A stretch of 64,000 nt of DNA, taken from NCBI GenBank assembly GCA_963762145.1, contig CAVXJS010000007.1:288001-352000 (forward strand), given 5' to 3'. Positions 29,071 to 38,973 of this stretch are shown piece after piece. Origin of the DNA: an uncultured Candidatus Rokubacteria bacterium. Its GTDB lineage: Bacteria > Methylomirabilota > Methylomirabilia > Rokubacteriales > CSP1-6. The notes under the pieces are model-generated. The model had not been told where the DNA came from and ran no database searches. It saw only the letters and a list, made by a program, of their open reading frames with translations. The position numbers and the translations under genes were made by a program. Numbering within the stretch: the first letter of the stretch is position 1; every line of letters starts with the position of its first letter.

Positions 29071-29761
29071 GGGCCTCTCCGCGCGCTACGGACGCATCGC
29101 CGCGCTCGAATCGGTGTCGCTCACGGTGGGCGCCGCCGAGTTCGTCTGCCTCATCGGCGCCAACGGCGCGGGCAAGACCACCACGCTCAAGACCATCTCG
29201 GGCCTCGTGCGGGCGGCGGCGGGTCGCATCGTGTTCGACGGGCAGGAGATCCAGCACCTCGCCCCCCAGGAGATCCTGCGGCGGGGGATCGCGCACTGCC
29301 CGGAGGGCCGCCGGGTGTTCCCGCACATGACCGTGGAGGAGAATCTTCAGATGGGGGCCTACGTCCGCACCGACGGCGCGGCGGTGACGGCGGACCGGGA
29401 CCGGGTCTTCGGCCACTTCCCGATCCTGGCCGAGCGGCGCCGCCAGCCTGCGGGCACCCTCTCGGGCGGCGAGCAGCAGATGCTCGCGATCGGCCGCTGC
29501 CTCATGGCGCGCCCGCGGCTCATCCTGTTCGACGAGCCCTCGCTGGGCCTGGCCCCCACCGTCACCGAGACCGTGTTCCAGATCATCGCGGGCATCCAGC
29601 GCGAGGGCACCACGGTGCTGATGGTCGAGCAGAACGCCTACATGGCGCTGCGGCTCGCCAGCCGCGCCTACGTCATGGAAACCGGCCGCATCACCCTGGA
29701 GGGACCCGCCAAAGACCTGATGCAGAACGACCACGTCAAAAAGGCATACTTGGGCGGCTAG
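29057..29761 (+). CDS. livF: BCAA-type ABC ATP-binding protein (LivF-like)
   Basis: GANGAGKTT, PEGRRVF, LSGGEQQMLAIGR, DEPSLGLAP, VEQNA. Confidence 0.92.
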   Translation: MLTLEGLSARYGRIAALESVSLTVGAAEFVCLIGANGAGKTTTLKTISGLVRAAAGRIVFDGQEIQHLAPQEILRRGIAHCPEGRRVFPHMTVEENLQMGAYVRTDGAAVTADRDRVFGHFPILAERRRQPAGTLSGGEQQMLAIGRCLMARPRLILFDEPSLGLAPTVTETVFQIIAGIQREGTTVLMVEQNAYMALRLASRAYVMETGRITLEGPAKDLMQNDHVKKAYLGG

Positions 29762-29784
29762 CCGAGCCCAAGCGCCGAAACGAG

Positions 29785-29926
29785 TGTCCGCCAACTGGGG
29801 GAGTGCGGGGGCCATGTCTGGGCCCCCGCATATGGAGAGCTTCAGGAAGTGAAAGGTTGTCCGCGAATTGGGGGAGTGCGGGGGCCATTTCGGGGCCCCC
29901 GCATATGAAGAGCTTGAAGAAGTAAA
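29785..29926. repeat. Two tandem ~69-bp copies (73-bp period) of a REP-like hairpin, family D
   Basis: Copies start at 29785 and 29858; each has GGGGGAG then hairpin TGCGGGGGCC-loop-GGCCCCCGCA, then TATG(G/A)AGAGCTT. Confidence 0.85.
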
Positions 29927-29964
29927 CAGCACTCCGCAGGAGACAGGAGCCGCCAAGAGAACAC

Positions 29965-32325
29965 ATGGGAGCCAAGTACTTCGGCGCATCCGTACGACGC
30001 AAAGAAGACCCCCGCTACCTCCGCGGGGAGGGCCGCTTCGTGGACGACATCAAGCTGCCCGGGATGCTGCACGTCGCCTTCGTGCGCAGCCCGCACGCCC
30101 ACGCGCGGATCGCGGCCATCCGCACCGAGGCGGCCCGGCGCCTCCCCGGCGTGACCCACGTGCTCACCTTCGCCGATCTCGAGCGCTGGATGAAGCCGCT
30201 GCCGCTCTTCGGCGCGATCCCGCCCGGGCTGGCCGCGCGCGTGGCCGTCGCCATGAAGCAGCCCCACCAGCTCGCGATGTGCCGGGACGAGGCGCGGCAC
30301 GTGGGCGAGATCGTGGCCATGGTGCTGGCCGCGAGCCGCGCGGTGGCCGAGGACGGGTGCGAGCTGGTCGAGGTGGACTACGAGCCGCTTCCCGCGCTGG
30401 CGGACGTGGAGGCGGCCGCGCGCCCCGACGCCCCCGTCCTCTATCCGGCGTGGGGCGACAACATCGCGCTCTCCTTCAAGACCGGCTTCGGCGACGTCGA
30501 GGCGGCCTTCCGCCAGGCCGACGCGCGGGTGCGCGAGCGCTTCGTGATCCCGCGCTACGTGGGCATGCCGATCGAGACCCGCGGCGTGGTCGCCCAGTGG
30601 GATTCGCGTGACGGCGCGCTCACCACCTGGAACGGCACCCAGGTCGTCCACTTCGTCCAGCAGGGGCTGGTGGCCGCGCTCGGGCTGCCGCCGCACAAGA
30701 TCCGCGTCGTCGCGCCCGACGTGGGTGGCGGCTTCGGGACCAAGGCCAACGGCTACGCGGAGGATCTGCTGATCCCCGCCGCGGCCATCCTGGCGCGCCG
30801 GCCGGTGAAGTGGACCGAGGACCGCCGCGAGCACATGATGGGCTCGGCGCACGCGCGCGCCCAGGTGCACGACATCGAGATCGCGGCCCGGCGGGACGGC
30901 ACCATGCTCGCGGTGCGCGATCGGATCTGGGTGGACCTGGGCGCCTACAACTCCTGGGGCATCGTGCTGCCCTACAACACGGTGGCGCACCTGCTCGGCC
31001 CGCATCGCGTGGCGAACCTCGACGTCGAGTGCCTCGGGGTGGTGACCACCAAGACGCCGAACGCGCCCTATCGCGGCGCGGGCCGCCCCGAGACCGTGTT
31101 CGCGATGGACCGCATCGTGGACTGCCTGGCGCGCGAGCTCGCCATGGACCCGGCCGAGCTGCGCCGGCGCAACTTCCTCTCCGCGGCCGACCTGCCGTAC
31201 GAGCTGCACATCCCGTATCGCGACGGCAACCCGCTCGTCTACGACAGCGGCGACTTCAAGGCCGGCCTCGAGGCGGCGCTCCGGGCGGTCGGCTACGACG
31301 CCCTGCGCGCGGAGCAGGCGCGACTGCGCGAGCAGGGGATCCATCGCGGGATCGGGATCTCGAGCTACGTGGAGGGCACCGCGATCGGGCCGTACGAGGG
31401 CGCGACGGTGCGTCTCGACGCCTCGGGCCACGCGGTGGTCGCCACGGGCGCCTGCTGCCAGGGCCAGGGGCACGAGACCTCGTTCGCCCAGATCGCGGCC
31501 GACGCGCTCGGCATCCCGCTCGAGGCGGTGACCATCGTGGGCGGCGACACCGCCGCGATCCCGTTCGGCGTCGGCACCTTCGCCTCTCGCAGCGCGGTCA
31601 ACGCGGGCAGCTCCATCCACGAGGCCTCGGGCCGCGTGAAGGACAAGCTGGTCGCGGCGGCGGCCGCGCTGCTCGAGGCCGCCCCGGCGGACATCGAGGT
31701 GGCGGACGGGGTCGTGACCGTGCGCGGGGTACCGGGCTCGGCGACGGCGCTGGCCAGCGTGATCCGTGCCGCGATCCCAACGTTCGCGAAGCCCGGCGTG
31801 GCCTCCCCCGACTTCGAGGCCACGGTCTACCATCACCAGCCGACCGTGACCTACACGAGCGCCACCCACGTCGCGGTGGTGGACGTGGATACCGGCACCG
31901 GCGCGGTGAAGCTTCTCCGCTACCTGGTGGCCCACGACTGCGGGACCCTCATCAACCCGGTGATCGTGGAGGGCCAGATCCACGGCGGCGTCGCGCAGGG
32001 CGTCGGCGGCGGCCTCCTGGAGGAGATGGTCTACGACGAGCAGGCGCAGCTCCTGACCGGAACCTTCATGGATTACCTGGTGCCGACCGCGATGGAGCTG
32101 CCGCCGATCGAGACCGTGCACCTCGAGTACCCGTCGCCGCGGAATCCGCTCGGCCTGAAGGGCATCGGAGAAGGGGGGGCGATCTCGCCGCCCGCCGCCA
32201 TCGCCAACGCGGTGGAGGATGCGCTCGCTCCCTTCGGGGTGCGCGTGACCCGTACCCCGCTCGGGCCGTCGGTGGTGCTCGGGCTGCTCGAGCAGGCGGC
32301 GGTCCGGACGGCGAGGCCGGCATGA
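29965..32325 (+). CDS. Xanthine-dehydrogenase-family molybdopterin-binding large subunit (CoxL/CutL-like, not form I)
   Basis: VRSPHAHARI, DVGGGFGTK, active-site PYRGAGR, QGQGHET, VEGQIHGGVAQG, KGIGEGG. Confidence 0.92.
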   Translation: MGAKYFGASVRRKEDPRYLRGEGRFVDDIKLPGMLHVAFVRSPHAHARIAAIRTEAARRLPGVTHVLTFADLERWMKPLPLFGAIPPGLAARVAVAMKQPHQLAMCRDEARHVGEIVAMVLAASRAVAEDGCELVEVDYEPLPALADVEAAARPDAPVLYPAWGDNIALSFKTGFGDVEAAFRQADARVRERFVIPRYVGMPIETRGVVAQWDSRDGALTTWNGTQVVHFVQQGLVAALGLPPHKIRVVAPDVGGGFGTKANGYAEDLLIPAAAILARRPVKWTEDRREHMMGSAHARAQVHDIEIAARRDGTMLAVRDRIWVDLGAYNSWGIVLPYNTVAHLLGPHRVANLDVECLGVVTTKTPNAPYRGAGRPETVFAMDRIVDCLARELAMDPAELRRRNFLSAADLPYELHIPYRDGNPLVYDSGDFKAGLEAALRAVGYDALRAEQARLREQGIHRGIGISSYVEGTAIGPYEGATVRLDASGHAVVATGACCQGQGHETSFAQIAADALGIPLEAVTIVGGDTAAIPFGVGTFASRSAVNAGSSIHEASGRVKDKLVAAAAALLEAAPADIEVADGVVTVRGVPGSATALASVIRAAIPTFAKPGVASPDFEATVYHHQPTVTYTSATHVAVVDVDTGTGAVKLLRYLVAHDCGTLINPVIVEGQIHGGVAQGVGGGLLEEMVYDEQAQLLTGTFMDYLVPTAMELPPIETVHLEYPSPRNPLGLKGIGEGGAISPPAAIANAVEDALAPFGVRVTRTPLGPSVVLGLLEQAAVRTARPA

Positions 32326-33194
32326 AGCCCGCCCCGTTCGACTACGTGGCGCCGGCGACGCTCGACGACGCCATCGGCACCCTGGCCACCGCGGGCGACG
32401 ACGCCAAGATCCTGGCCGGGGGCCAGAGCCTCATCCCGATGCTCGCGCTGCGGCTGGCCCGCCCGGCGGTGCTGGTGGACATCAACCGGCTGCGGGGGCT
32501 CGACGGTATCCGCGAGGCCGCGGGCATTCTCGAGGTCGGCGCCCTCGTGCGCCAGCGCGCGCTGGAGCGCTGGGCGGCCGGCCGCTCGCCGCTCTTCGCC
32601 AGCGTGCTGCAGGCGGTCGCGCACCCGCCCATCCGCAATCGCGGGACGGTGGTGGGCAACATCGTCCACGCGGATCCGGCCTCGGAGCTGCCCGCGGTGC
32701 TCCTCTGCCTCGACGGGGTCGTGGTCGCCCGCGGGCCTCGGGGCGAGCGCATGATAGCCGGCGACCGGTTCTACCGCGCCCCGCTGACCACCGCGCTCGA
32801 TGGCCGGGAGCTGGCCACCGCGGTCCGCTTCACGCTGCCGCCGGCGGGCTCCGGGTGGGGGTTCGCGGAGGTCTCGCGCCGCCACGGGGATTTCGCCCTG
32901 GTGGGCGCGGTAGCCGTGCTCGCGCGCGCGGCCGACGGCACGGTGGCGCGGGCCCGGCTGGCCTTCTTCGGCGCCGGCGGAACGCCCGTGCGAGCCATGG
33001 TCGCGGAGCAAGCGCTGGACGGCCGCGTCCCGACGTCGGCCCTCTTCGCCGAGGCCGCGCGCGCGGCGGCGGCCGCGCTCTCGCCCGACGGCGACATCCA
33101 CGCCACCGCGTCGTACCGCCGGCAGGTGGCGGCCACCCTGGCCGAGCGGACCCTGAGCGCGGCGCTCGCGCGGTGCGGAGGAGGCGCGTCGTGA
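32322..33194 (+). CDS. Xanthine-dehydrogenase-family FAD-binding subunit (CoxM-like)
   Basis: MKPAPFDY, LAGGQSLIPML, IRNRGTVVGNIVHADPASE, RRHGDFA. Confidence 0.92.
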   Translation: MKPAPFDYVAPATLDDAIGTLATAGDDAKILAGGQSLIPMLALRLARPAVLVDINRLRGLDGIREAAGILEVGALVRQRALERWAAGRSPLFASVLQAVAHPPIRNRGTVVGNIVHADPASELPAVLLCLDGVVVARGPRGERMIAGDRFYRAPLTTALDGRELATAVRFTLPPAGSGWGFAEVSRRHGDFALVGAVAVLARAADGTVARARLAFFGAGGTPVRAMVAEQALDGRVPTSALFAEAARAAAAALSPDGDIHATASYRRQVAATLAERTLSAALARCGGGAS

Positions 33195-33682
33195 GCCAGC
33201 GAACGATCCGGGTGACCGTGAACGGTCAGGAGCTCGAGCGCGCGGTCCTGGTGCGCGCCACGCTGGCCGACTTCCTCCGGGAAGACCTCGACCTGACCGG
33301 CACCCACGTGGGGTGCGAGCACGGGGTGTGCGGGGCGTGCACGGTGTTGCTCGACGGCGAGCCGGTACGCGCCTGCCTGATGCTGGCGGTGCAGGCTGAT
33401 GGCCACGGGGTCTCGACCATCGAGGGCGTCGCTCCCGCCGACGGGCTCCACCCGATCCAGGAGGCCTTCTGGGCCAAGCACGGGCTGCAGTGCGGCTACT
33501 GCACCCCTGGTATCATCATGAGCGCCTGCGCGTTTCTCCGCGATCGGCCCGCGCCGTCGCGCGAGGAGATCCGCGAGATGCTGGCCGGGCACCTCTGCCG
33601 CTGCACCGGCTACCACTTCATCGTCGAGGCCATCGAGGCGGCCGCTCAGGCGCTTGAGCCGCCCAAACCCCGCACGCCATAG
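33191..33682 (+). CDS. (2Fe-2S)-binding small subunit (CoxS-like)
   Basis: GTHVGCEHGVCGACTV, QCGYCTPG, LCRCTGY. Confidence 0.94.
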   Translation: MSQRTIRVTVNGQELERAVLVRATLADFLREDLDLTGTHVGCEHGVCGACTVLLDGEPVRACLMLAVQADGHGVSTIEGVAPADGLHPIQEAFWAKHGLQCGYCTPGIIMSACAFLRDRPAPSREEIREMLAGHLCRCTGYHFIVEAIEAAAQALEPPKPRTP

Positions 33683-33687
33683 GAGAG

Positions 33688-34722
33688 ATGCATATGCTCG
33701 CGCGCCTCGCCGTGTTGACCCTGCTCGCGCTGTGCCTCGGGGCGGTCGCCCCCGCCCACGCCCAGAACTCGCTCGTGGTGAGCGTCTGGGGCGGGAACTG
33801 GAAGGACACCGTGGATCGCGTCATCGGGAAGGCCTTCACCGCCAAGACCGGCATGCCGGTCGAGTTCGAGGTGGGCGGCACCATCGACCGCCTCGCCAAG
33901 GCGCGGGTGGCGAAGGGCAGCCCGCTGGTGGACGTCACGTTCACCACGAGCCACGTAGGGCGGCTCTACGTCTCCGACGGGCTCTTCGCCCCGCTCGACA
34001 TGGCCAAGCTCCCGAACGCGAAGGCGGCCGCCCGCGAGGCCCAGCGGAGCGAGTTCCAGATGGGCGGCTGGAGCTACGTGTACACGATCGTGTACCGGCC
34101 GGACCTTGTGAAGGAGGAGATCACCGCGTGGTCGGATCTCTGGAAGCCCTCGCTCAAGGGCAAGATCGCGATGCCCGACTTCGACCCCTCGCACATCATC
34201 ACGATCGCGGCGCTCATGGAGGGCGGCAACGAGACGACGTGGCAGAAGGGCCAGGAGCGGCTCAAGGCGCTCAAGCCCAGCATCGTGGCCTTCTTCTCGA
34301 CCGACGCCCAGAGCCAGGACCTGATGAAGACCGGCCAGGCCCCGGTCCAGGTGATGCTCTCGGTGAACGCCTATCACCTCCAGGAGCAGGGCATCGCGGT
34401 CAAGCTGGTGCAGCCGAAGGATTATCCGGGCATCGTGGGGATCGACTGCATGTCGGTGATGGCGGGCACCAAGAAGGGGGACGCGGCGCAGGCGTTCATC
34501 AACCTGGCCCTGTCCACCGAGATCCAGACCGAGCTCGCGAAGGCGCTCAAGGCGGGGCCGGTGAACGGCGGGGCCACCGTGCCCGCGGCCTTCCGGGGGC
34601 AGCCGGGCATCTTCCTGACCCCGGCGGAGTGGAAGGAGAAGGGCTACATCCTGAACGATGACGTGCGGGCCAAGAACCTGCCGGGCTGGCGGGAGTGGTT
34701 CACCGCCAACATCGTCAAGTAG
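33688..34722 (+). CDS. ABC substrate-binding protein (PotD/PhnS-like)
   Basis: Signal peptide; VSVWGGNW, SDLWKPSLKGKIAMP; precedes Pot-type permeases. Confidence 0.85.
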   Translation: MHMLARLAVLTLLALCLGAVAPAHAQNSLVVSVWGGNWKDTVDRVIGKAFTAKTGMPVEFEVGGTIDRLAKARVAKGSPLVDVTFTTSHVGRLYVSDGLFAPLDMAKLPNAKAAAREAQRSEFQMGGWSYVYTIVYRPDLVKEEITAWSDLWKPSLKGKIAMPDFDPSHIITIAALMEGGNETTWQKGQERLKALKPSIVAFFSTDAQSQDLMKTGQAPVQVMLSVNAYHLQEQGIAVKLVQPKDYPGIVGIDCMSVMAGTKKGDAAQAFINLALSTEIQTELAKALKAGPVNGGATVPAAFRGQPGIFLTPAEWKEKGYILNDDVRAKNLPGWREWFTANIVK

Positions 34723-34735
34723 GGCCGGTCTCTCG

Positions 34736-35530
34736 ATGCGTTTGCTGCTGACCCCGGCCGTCCTCGTCGTCGCGGTGTTCGCGGCCGCGCTCTCCGCGCT
34801 GCTGCGCTACAGCGTGCTCGAGTTCGTGCCGGGGTCGCTGCAGACCGGCGGCCTGACCGCGGCCAACTTCACCGGCATCATGAGCCGGCAGTACCTCGGC
34901 GCGGTGTGGGACACCCTGGTGCTGAGCGCGGCCACCACCGGGCTGACCCTCGTCGCCTCCTACCCGGTGGCCTACGCGCTCGCGCGCACCCAGTCGGGCC
35001 GCGTGCGCTCGGCGCTGCTCGTGCTGGTGCTGGCCCCGTTCTTCACCGGGGCGATCGTGCGCACCTACGCCTGGGTGCTGGTCCTGGGCAACACGGTGGT
35101 CACCTGGCCGGTGCCGATGCTGTTCACCCCGCGTGGGGTGCTGGTGGGGCTCGTGCACTTCTCGATGCCGACCATGATCCTGCTGCTGGCCGCCGCGATC
35201 AGCCACATCGATCCGGTGTACGAGCGCGCGGCGGCCAGCCTGGGCGCGAGCCCGGCCCGCGTCTTCCGGCGCGTGACCCTGCCGCTGTCCCTGCCGGGCA
35301 TCGTCTCGGGCTCGGTGATCGTCTTCGCCTGGACGCTGAGCGCGTTCGCCACCCCGGAGCTGCTGGGCGGCGGGCGGGTCAAGATGATCGCCAACGTGGT
35401 CCGCGACCTGGCGCTGGACTCGTTCAACTGGCCGGGGGGCGCGGCCTTCGCCCTGCTGGCCCTGGTGATCACGCTCACGCTGCTGGCGGGCGCGGGGAAG
35501 CTCACCGCGGTGGGCGGCCGGGGCGCCTGA
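34736..35530 (+). CDS. ABC permease (PotB-like)
   Basis: SYPVAYAL, VRTYAW, ERAAASLGA, ATPELLGG. Confidence 0.88.
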   Translation: MRLLLTPAVLVVAVFAAALSALLRYSVLEFVPGSLQTGGLTAANFTGIMSRQYLGAVWDTLVLSAATTGLTLVASYPVAYALARTQSGRVRSALLVLVLAPFFTGAIVRTYAWVLVLGNTVVTWPVPMLFTPRGVLVGLVHFSMPTMILLLAAAISHIDPVYERAAASLGASPARVFRRVTLPLSLPGIVSGSVIVFAWTLSAFATPELLGGGRVKMIANVVRDLALDSFNWPGGAAFALLALVITLTLLAGAGKLTAVGGRGA

Positions 35531-36306
35531 TGTTCCGGCTGGCGGTGCTGGCCCTCCTCGCATTCATGACGCTGCCGACGGTGGTGGTGATCGCGGTCTC
35601 GTTCAACCCGACCGCGATCCTGTCGTTCCCGCCGAATGGGCTCTCGCTGCGCTGGTACGTGAACGTGGTGACGTATCCGCAGTTCCAGCGCGCGATGTGG
35701 AACAGCCTCCTGGTCACCGCGGGGGCGGTCGCGCTGGCCATGCCCATCGGCACCGCGGCCGCGCTGGCGCTGGCGCGCGGCCGGGTGCGCGGCGCCTCGA
35801 TCTGGGCCACCCTGCTCCTCTCGCCGCTCGTGGTGCCCGGCGTGGCGGCCGGACTGGGTTTCCTGATCCTGGGCGCGGCCCTCGGCCTGCTGCGCAGCCG
35901 GAGCGTGCTGATCGCGGCGCACGTGGCGCTCGTCCTGCCGTTCGTGGTGCGCTCGGTATGGGTGAGCGTGCAGAACCTCGATCCCACGCTCGAGCGGGCG
36001 GCGGCCAGCCTGGGCGCCACCCCCTGGCGCGCCTTCCGGCGGGTGACACTGCCGCTGCTGCGCCCGGGCCTCCTCGCGGCGGGGCTCTTCGCGGTGATCG
36101 TGTCCCTGAACGAGTTCGTGGTCTCGCTCTTCATCTCGACGCGGCTGACCGAGATCCTCCCGGTGGCGATGTTCAGCTACGTGGTCAACTACACCGATCC
36201 GACGATCGCGGCGCTCTCCACGCTCTTCATCGTGGGCACCTTCGTGGTGGTCTGGCTCGCCGACCGGTTCCTGGATCTGGGCGGCGTGTTCCTGCATCAC
36301 CGATGA
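35530..36306 (+). CDS. ABC permease (PotC-like)
   Basis: FPPNGLSLRWY, LERAAASLGA, SLNEFVVS, DPTIAALS. Confidence 0.88.
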   Translation: MFRLAVLALLAFMTLPTVVVIAVSFNPTAILSFPPNGLSLRWYVNVVTYPQFQRAMWNSLLVTAGAVALAMPIGTAAALALARGRVRGASIWATLLLSPLVVPGVAAGLGFLILGAALGLLRSRSVLIAAHVALVLPFVVRSVWVSVQNLDPTLERAAASLGATPWRAFRRVTLPLLRPGLLAAGLFAVIVSLNEFVVSLFISTRLTEILPVAMFSYVVNYTDPTIAALSTLFIVGTFVVVWLADRFLDLGGVFLHHR

Positions 36307-36316
36307 GGCGAGGCTG

Positions 36317-37396
36317 ATGGCGCGCCCGGTGGTGGAGCTGGTCGGCTGCACCCGCGACTACGGCGGCGTCCGCGCGGTCGCCGGGCTCGACCTCGTCGTC
36401 CACGAGGGCGAGCTGCTGTCGCTGCTCGGTCCGTCGGGCTGCGGCAAGACCACGACGCTCAACCTGATCGCGGGCTTCGTGCCGCCGACCGCCGGCCGCA
36501 TCCGCATCGACGGCCAGGACGTCACCGAGCAGCCGGCCCACCAGCGCAAGCTCGGGGTGATGTTCCAGTCCTACGCCCTCTTCCCGCACCTCTCGGTGTT
36601 CGAGAACGTGGCCTTCGGACTGCGCGAGCGACGGACGCCCCGGGCCGAGATCGAGCGGCGCGTGCGGGCCGCGCTGGCGCTGGTGCGCCTGGACACGCGC
36701 GCGGAGGCGCGCCCAGCCCAGCTGTCGGGGGGCATGCAGCAGCGGGTGGCCCTGGCCCGGGCGCTCGTCTACGAGCCGCGCGTGCTGCTGCTGGACGAGC
36801 CGCTCGCCGCGCTCGACAAGAAGCTGCGCGAGGAGATGCGGGGCGAGCTGCGCGAGATCCAGCGCTCGGTCGGCATCACCACGATCTTCGTCACCCACGA
36901 TCAGGGCGAGGCCCTCGGGCTCTCGGACCGCATCGCGGTGATGCTCGGCGGGCGCATCGAGCAGCTCGGCGCTCCGCGCGAGATCTACGAGCGGCCGGCG
37001 ACCCGGTTCGTGGCCGAGTTCATCGGCGCGACGAGCGTGCTGCGCGGCCGGGTGACCGCCGCGGACCAGGTGACGCTCGCGGGCGGCGAGGTGGTGCGGG
37101 TGCTGGGCGTGCCGGGGCTCCTTTCGGGTGAGTCGGCCGAGCTGGCCATCCGGCCCGAGCGCATCCGCCTCGCGGGCGGAGCGGGGGAGAACGTGATGGA
37201 CGGACGCGTCACCGCGGTGGTCTACCAGGGCGTGCAGACCGACCTCACCGTCGAGATCGGCGGCGGCCAGCGCCTCGTGGTGTTCGTGCCCGAGCCCGCC
37301 CCGGTCGCGCTCGCCCCGGGCCAGACGCTGCGCCTGCACCTGCCGCCAGACGCGTTCATCCGTCTCGGGGCGCCGCGCGGGGAGACGGGGCGGTGA
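36317..37396 (+). CDS. ABC ATP-binding protein (PotA-like)
   Basis: [42 protein letters not shown] tail. Confidence 0.93.
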   Translation: MARPVVELVGCTRDYGGVRAVAGLDLVVHEGELLSLLGPSGCGKTTTLNLIAGFVPPTAGRIRIDGQDVTEQPAHQRKLGVMFQSYALFPHLSVFENVAFGLRERRTPRAEIERRVRAALALVRLDTRAEARPAQLSGGMQQRVALARALVYEPRVLLLDEPLAALDKKLREEMRGELREIQRSVGITTIFVTHDQGEALGLSDRIAVMLGGRIEQLGAPREIYERPATRFVAEFIGATSVLRGRVTAADQVTLAGGEVVRVLGVPGLLSGESAELAIRPERIRLAGGAGENVMDGRVTAVVYQGVQTDLTVEIGGGQRLVVFVPEPAPVALAPGQTLRLHLPPDAFIRLGAPRGETGR

Positions 37397-37887
37397 CCGG
37401 GCTCGAGCAGATCGTCGCGGGGCTCGAGGCGGCCCAGGTCTCCCTCGTGGCCTCGGTGCCGGACACCTGGATCGGCCGCCTGATGGCGGGGGTGCGCCGC
37501 TCGCCGCGTCTGCGCGCGGTGGACGTGGCCCGGGAGGAGGAGGCGGTGGCGGTGGCCTGCGGCGCCAACCTGGCCGGCGGCCGCGGCGCGGTGGCCATCC
37601 AGAACGCGGGGCTGCTCAACTGCGGCGGCATCCTGGCCGGGCTCGTCGAGCTCTACCACCTTCCGTGCTTCTTCATCGTGTCCCTGCGGGGCGATCACCG
37701 CGATCCGGTCTACTACCACGCCCCCAAGGGGCGCGTGACCGAGGAGACGCTGCGCGCGTGGCGACTGCCCTACGCGCGGGCGGATCGCCGGGGTGACCTG
37801 GCCGCCCAGGTGAAGCAGGGCGTGGAGTTCTCGGTGGAGTCGCGCGGACCCTTCGTGCTGCTGATCAGCGGGGAGGATCTCGCGTGA
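37393..37887 (+). CDS. Sulfopyruvate/phosphonopyruvate decarboxylase alpha-subunit-like (ComD-like)
   Basis: ASVPD, REEEAVAVACGANLAG, IQNAGLLN, SLRG. Confidence 0.8.
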   Translation: MTGLEQIVAGLEAAQVSLVASVPDTWIGRLMAGVRRSPRLRAVDVAREEEAVAVACGANLAGGRGAVAIQNAGLLNCGGILAGLVELYHLPCFFIVSLRGDHRDPVYYHAPKGRVTEETLRAWRLPYARADRRGDLAAQVKQGVEFSVESRGPFVLLISGEDLA

Positions 37888-38438
37888 CCGCCCGGAAGCC
37901 GCTGCTGGACGCCCTGGTCGCGATGCTGACGCCGCGCGACGTGCTCGTGTCGTGTCTGGGCGCCAATGCCCGCTACCTGCCGCACATGACGGTGCCGTGT
38001 CCGGTGTTCGCCCTCTGCGACTCGATGAGCGCGGCCATCCCGCTCGCGCTCGGCATGGCGCTCGAGCGGCCCGACCGCCACGTGGTCGCGCTCGAGGGCG
38101 ACGGCTCGCTGCTGATGAGCCCCAACGTGCTGGCCACCGTGGCGGCGGCCGCGCCGCCGAATCTGACGATGGTGCTCTGGGTGAACGGCCGTTACGAGTC
38201 CTCCGGCGGGCAGGCGCTCCCCGCGGTGACGGTGGACTGGGCCGCGCTGGGCCGCGCCGCCGGCATCGGCCACGTGGCCTCCGCCGGCGACGTCGCGGGG
38301 TTGCGCGAGGCCTTCACGCGCGCGCGGGCGGCGGGCAAGCCCGCGCTGGTCGTGGTGGAGATCGCCTTCGATCCGGCCGAGGCGATCCCGCCGTACTCCG
38401 AGCGGCCCGACGAGATCCGCGCCCGCTTCCGCCTCTAG
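37884..38438 (+). CDS. Sulfopyruvate/phosphonopyruvate decarboxylase beta-subunit-like (ComE-like, TPP-binding)
   Basis: EGDGSLLM, VNGRYESSGGQ; coupled to the alpha subunit by GTGA. Confidence 0.8.
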   Translation: MTARKPLLDALVAMLTPRDVLVSCLGANARYLPHMTVPCPVFALCDSMSAAIPLALGMALERPDRHVVALEGDGSLLMSPNVLATVAAAAPPNLTMVLWVNGRYESSGGQALPAVTVDWAALGRAAGIGHVASAGDVAGLREAFTRARAAGKPALVVVEIAFDPAEAIPPYSERPDEIRARFRL

Positions 38439-38918
38439 CTACCTCACCTGGACGCCGCCGAAGGATCCGTAACCGTCGGTCCCGTAGCCGGACGAGAATC
38501 CCGACGCGCCGGTGGGACAGCTGCCGACGACCCTCCAGATGCCCGGCGACGTCATGTTCCGGAGCTCTCCCGCGACGCACATGGTGGCGAGAGGCCGGCC
38601 CGCGCCCTGATCCGTGGGCGGCGGCGCCGGGGCCGCCACCGGCTTGTACTGCAGGAGCCCGGCCTCGGCGGCCGCGAGCCGCTGGATGGCGTTCCAGCGC
38701 TGCGCGTTGCGGATCTGGTCCGCGCTCAGCTCGGGCTTGCCGGTCCCGACCGGCCCGATCCACTCGGCCGCGTCGCGGTGCGCGGTGGGGATGTCGAGCT
38801 TGTACTGCGTGACCCGGCTCGCGCCCTTGTCGTCCGTGTACCGCCACTGCGCGTCCGCCTGCCCGGCCAGGAGCAGAAGCCCCGCACCGAGTCCAACCGC
38901 CATTGCAAATCGGTTCAT
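38439..38918 (-). CDS. Secreted hypothetical protein (DUF4124-like N-terminus)
   Basis: Signal peptide ending ADA-Q; WRYTDDKG motif; AGGAGA SD; two Cys; Gly/Tyr-rich tail. Confidence 0.7.
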   Translation of the reverse strand: MNRFAMAVGLGAGLLLLAGQADAQWRYTDDKGASRVTQYKLDIPTAHRDAAEWIGPVGTGKPELSADQIRNAQRWNAIQRLAAAEAGLLQYKPVAAPAPPPTDQGAGRPLATMCVAGELRNMTSPGIWRVVGSCPTGASGFSSGYGTDGYGSFGGVQVR

Positions 38919-38958
38919 AGGTGTCTCCTGTTGGAGTCGCATGCCTGCACACACCAAG

Positions 38959-38973
38959 GCAAGAGGCACGCCA
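38959..38973 (-). promoter_or_regulatory. Sigma-54 (-24/-12) promoter
   Basis: Minus strand TGGCGTGCCTCTTGC (TGGC-N7-TTGC), 40 nt above the ATG; palindromes at 39013-39025 and 39053-39063 are candidate UAS. Confidence 0.6.

Noticed and set aside
29785-29926. CRISPR mini-array
   Set aside because: There are only two copies, almost the whole period is repeated with no unique spacer, and no cas genes are present.
29965-33682. Aerobic CO dehydrogenase (carboxydotrophy)
   Set aside because: The active-site motif is PYRGAGR, not form I AYxCSFR. Gene order is L-M-S with no cox accessory genes, so this is a generic Mo-hydroxylase.
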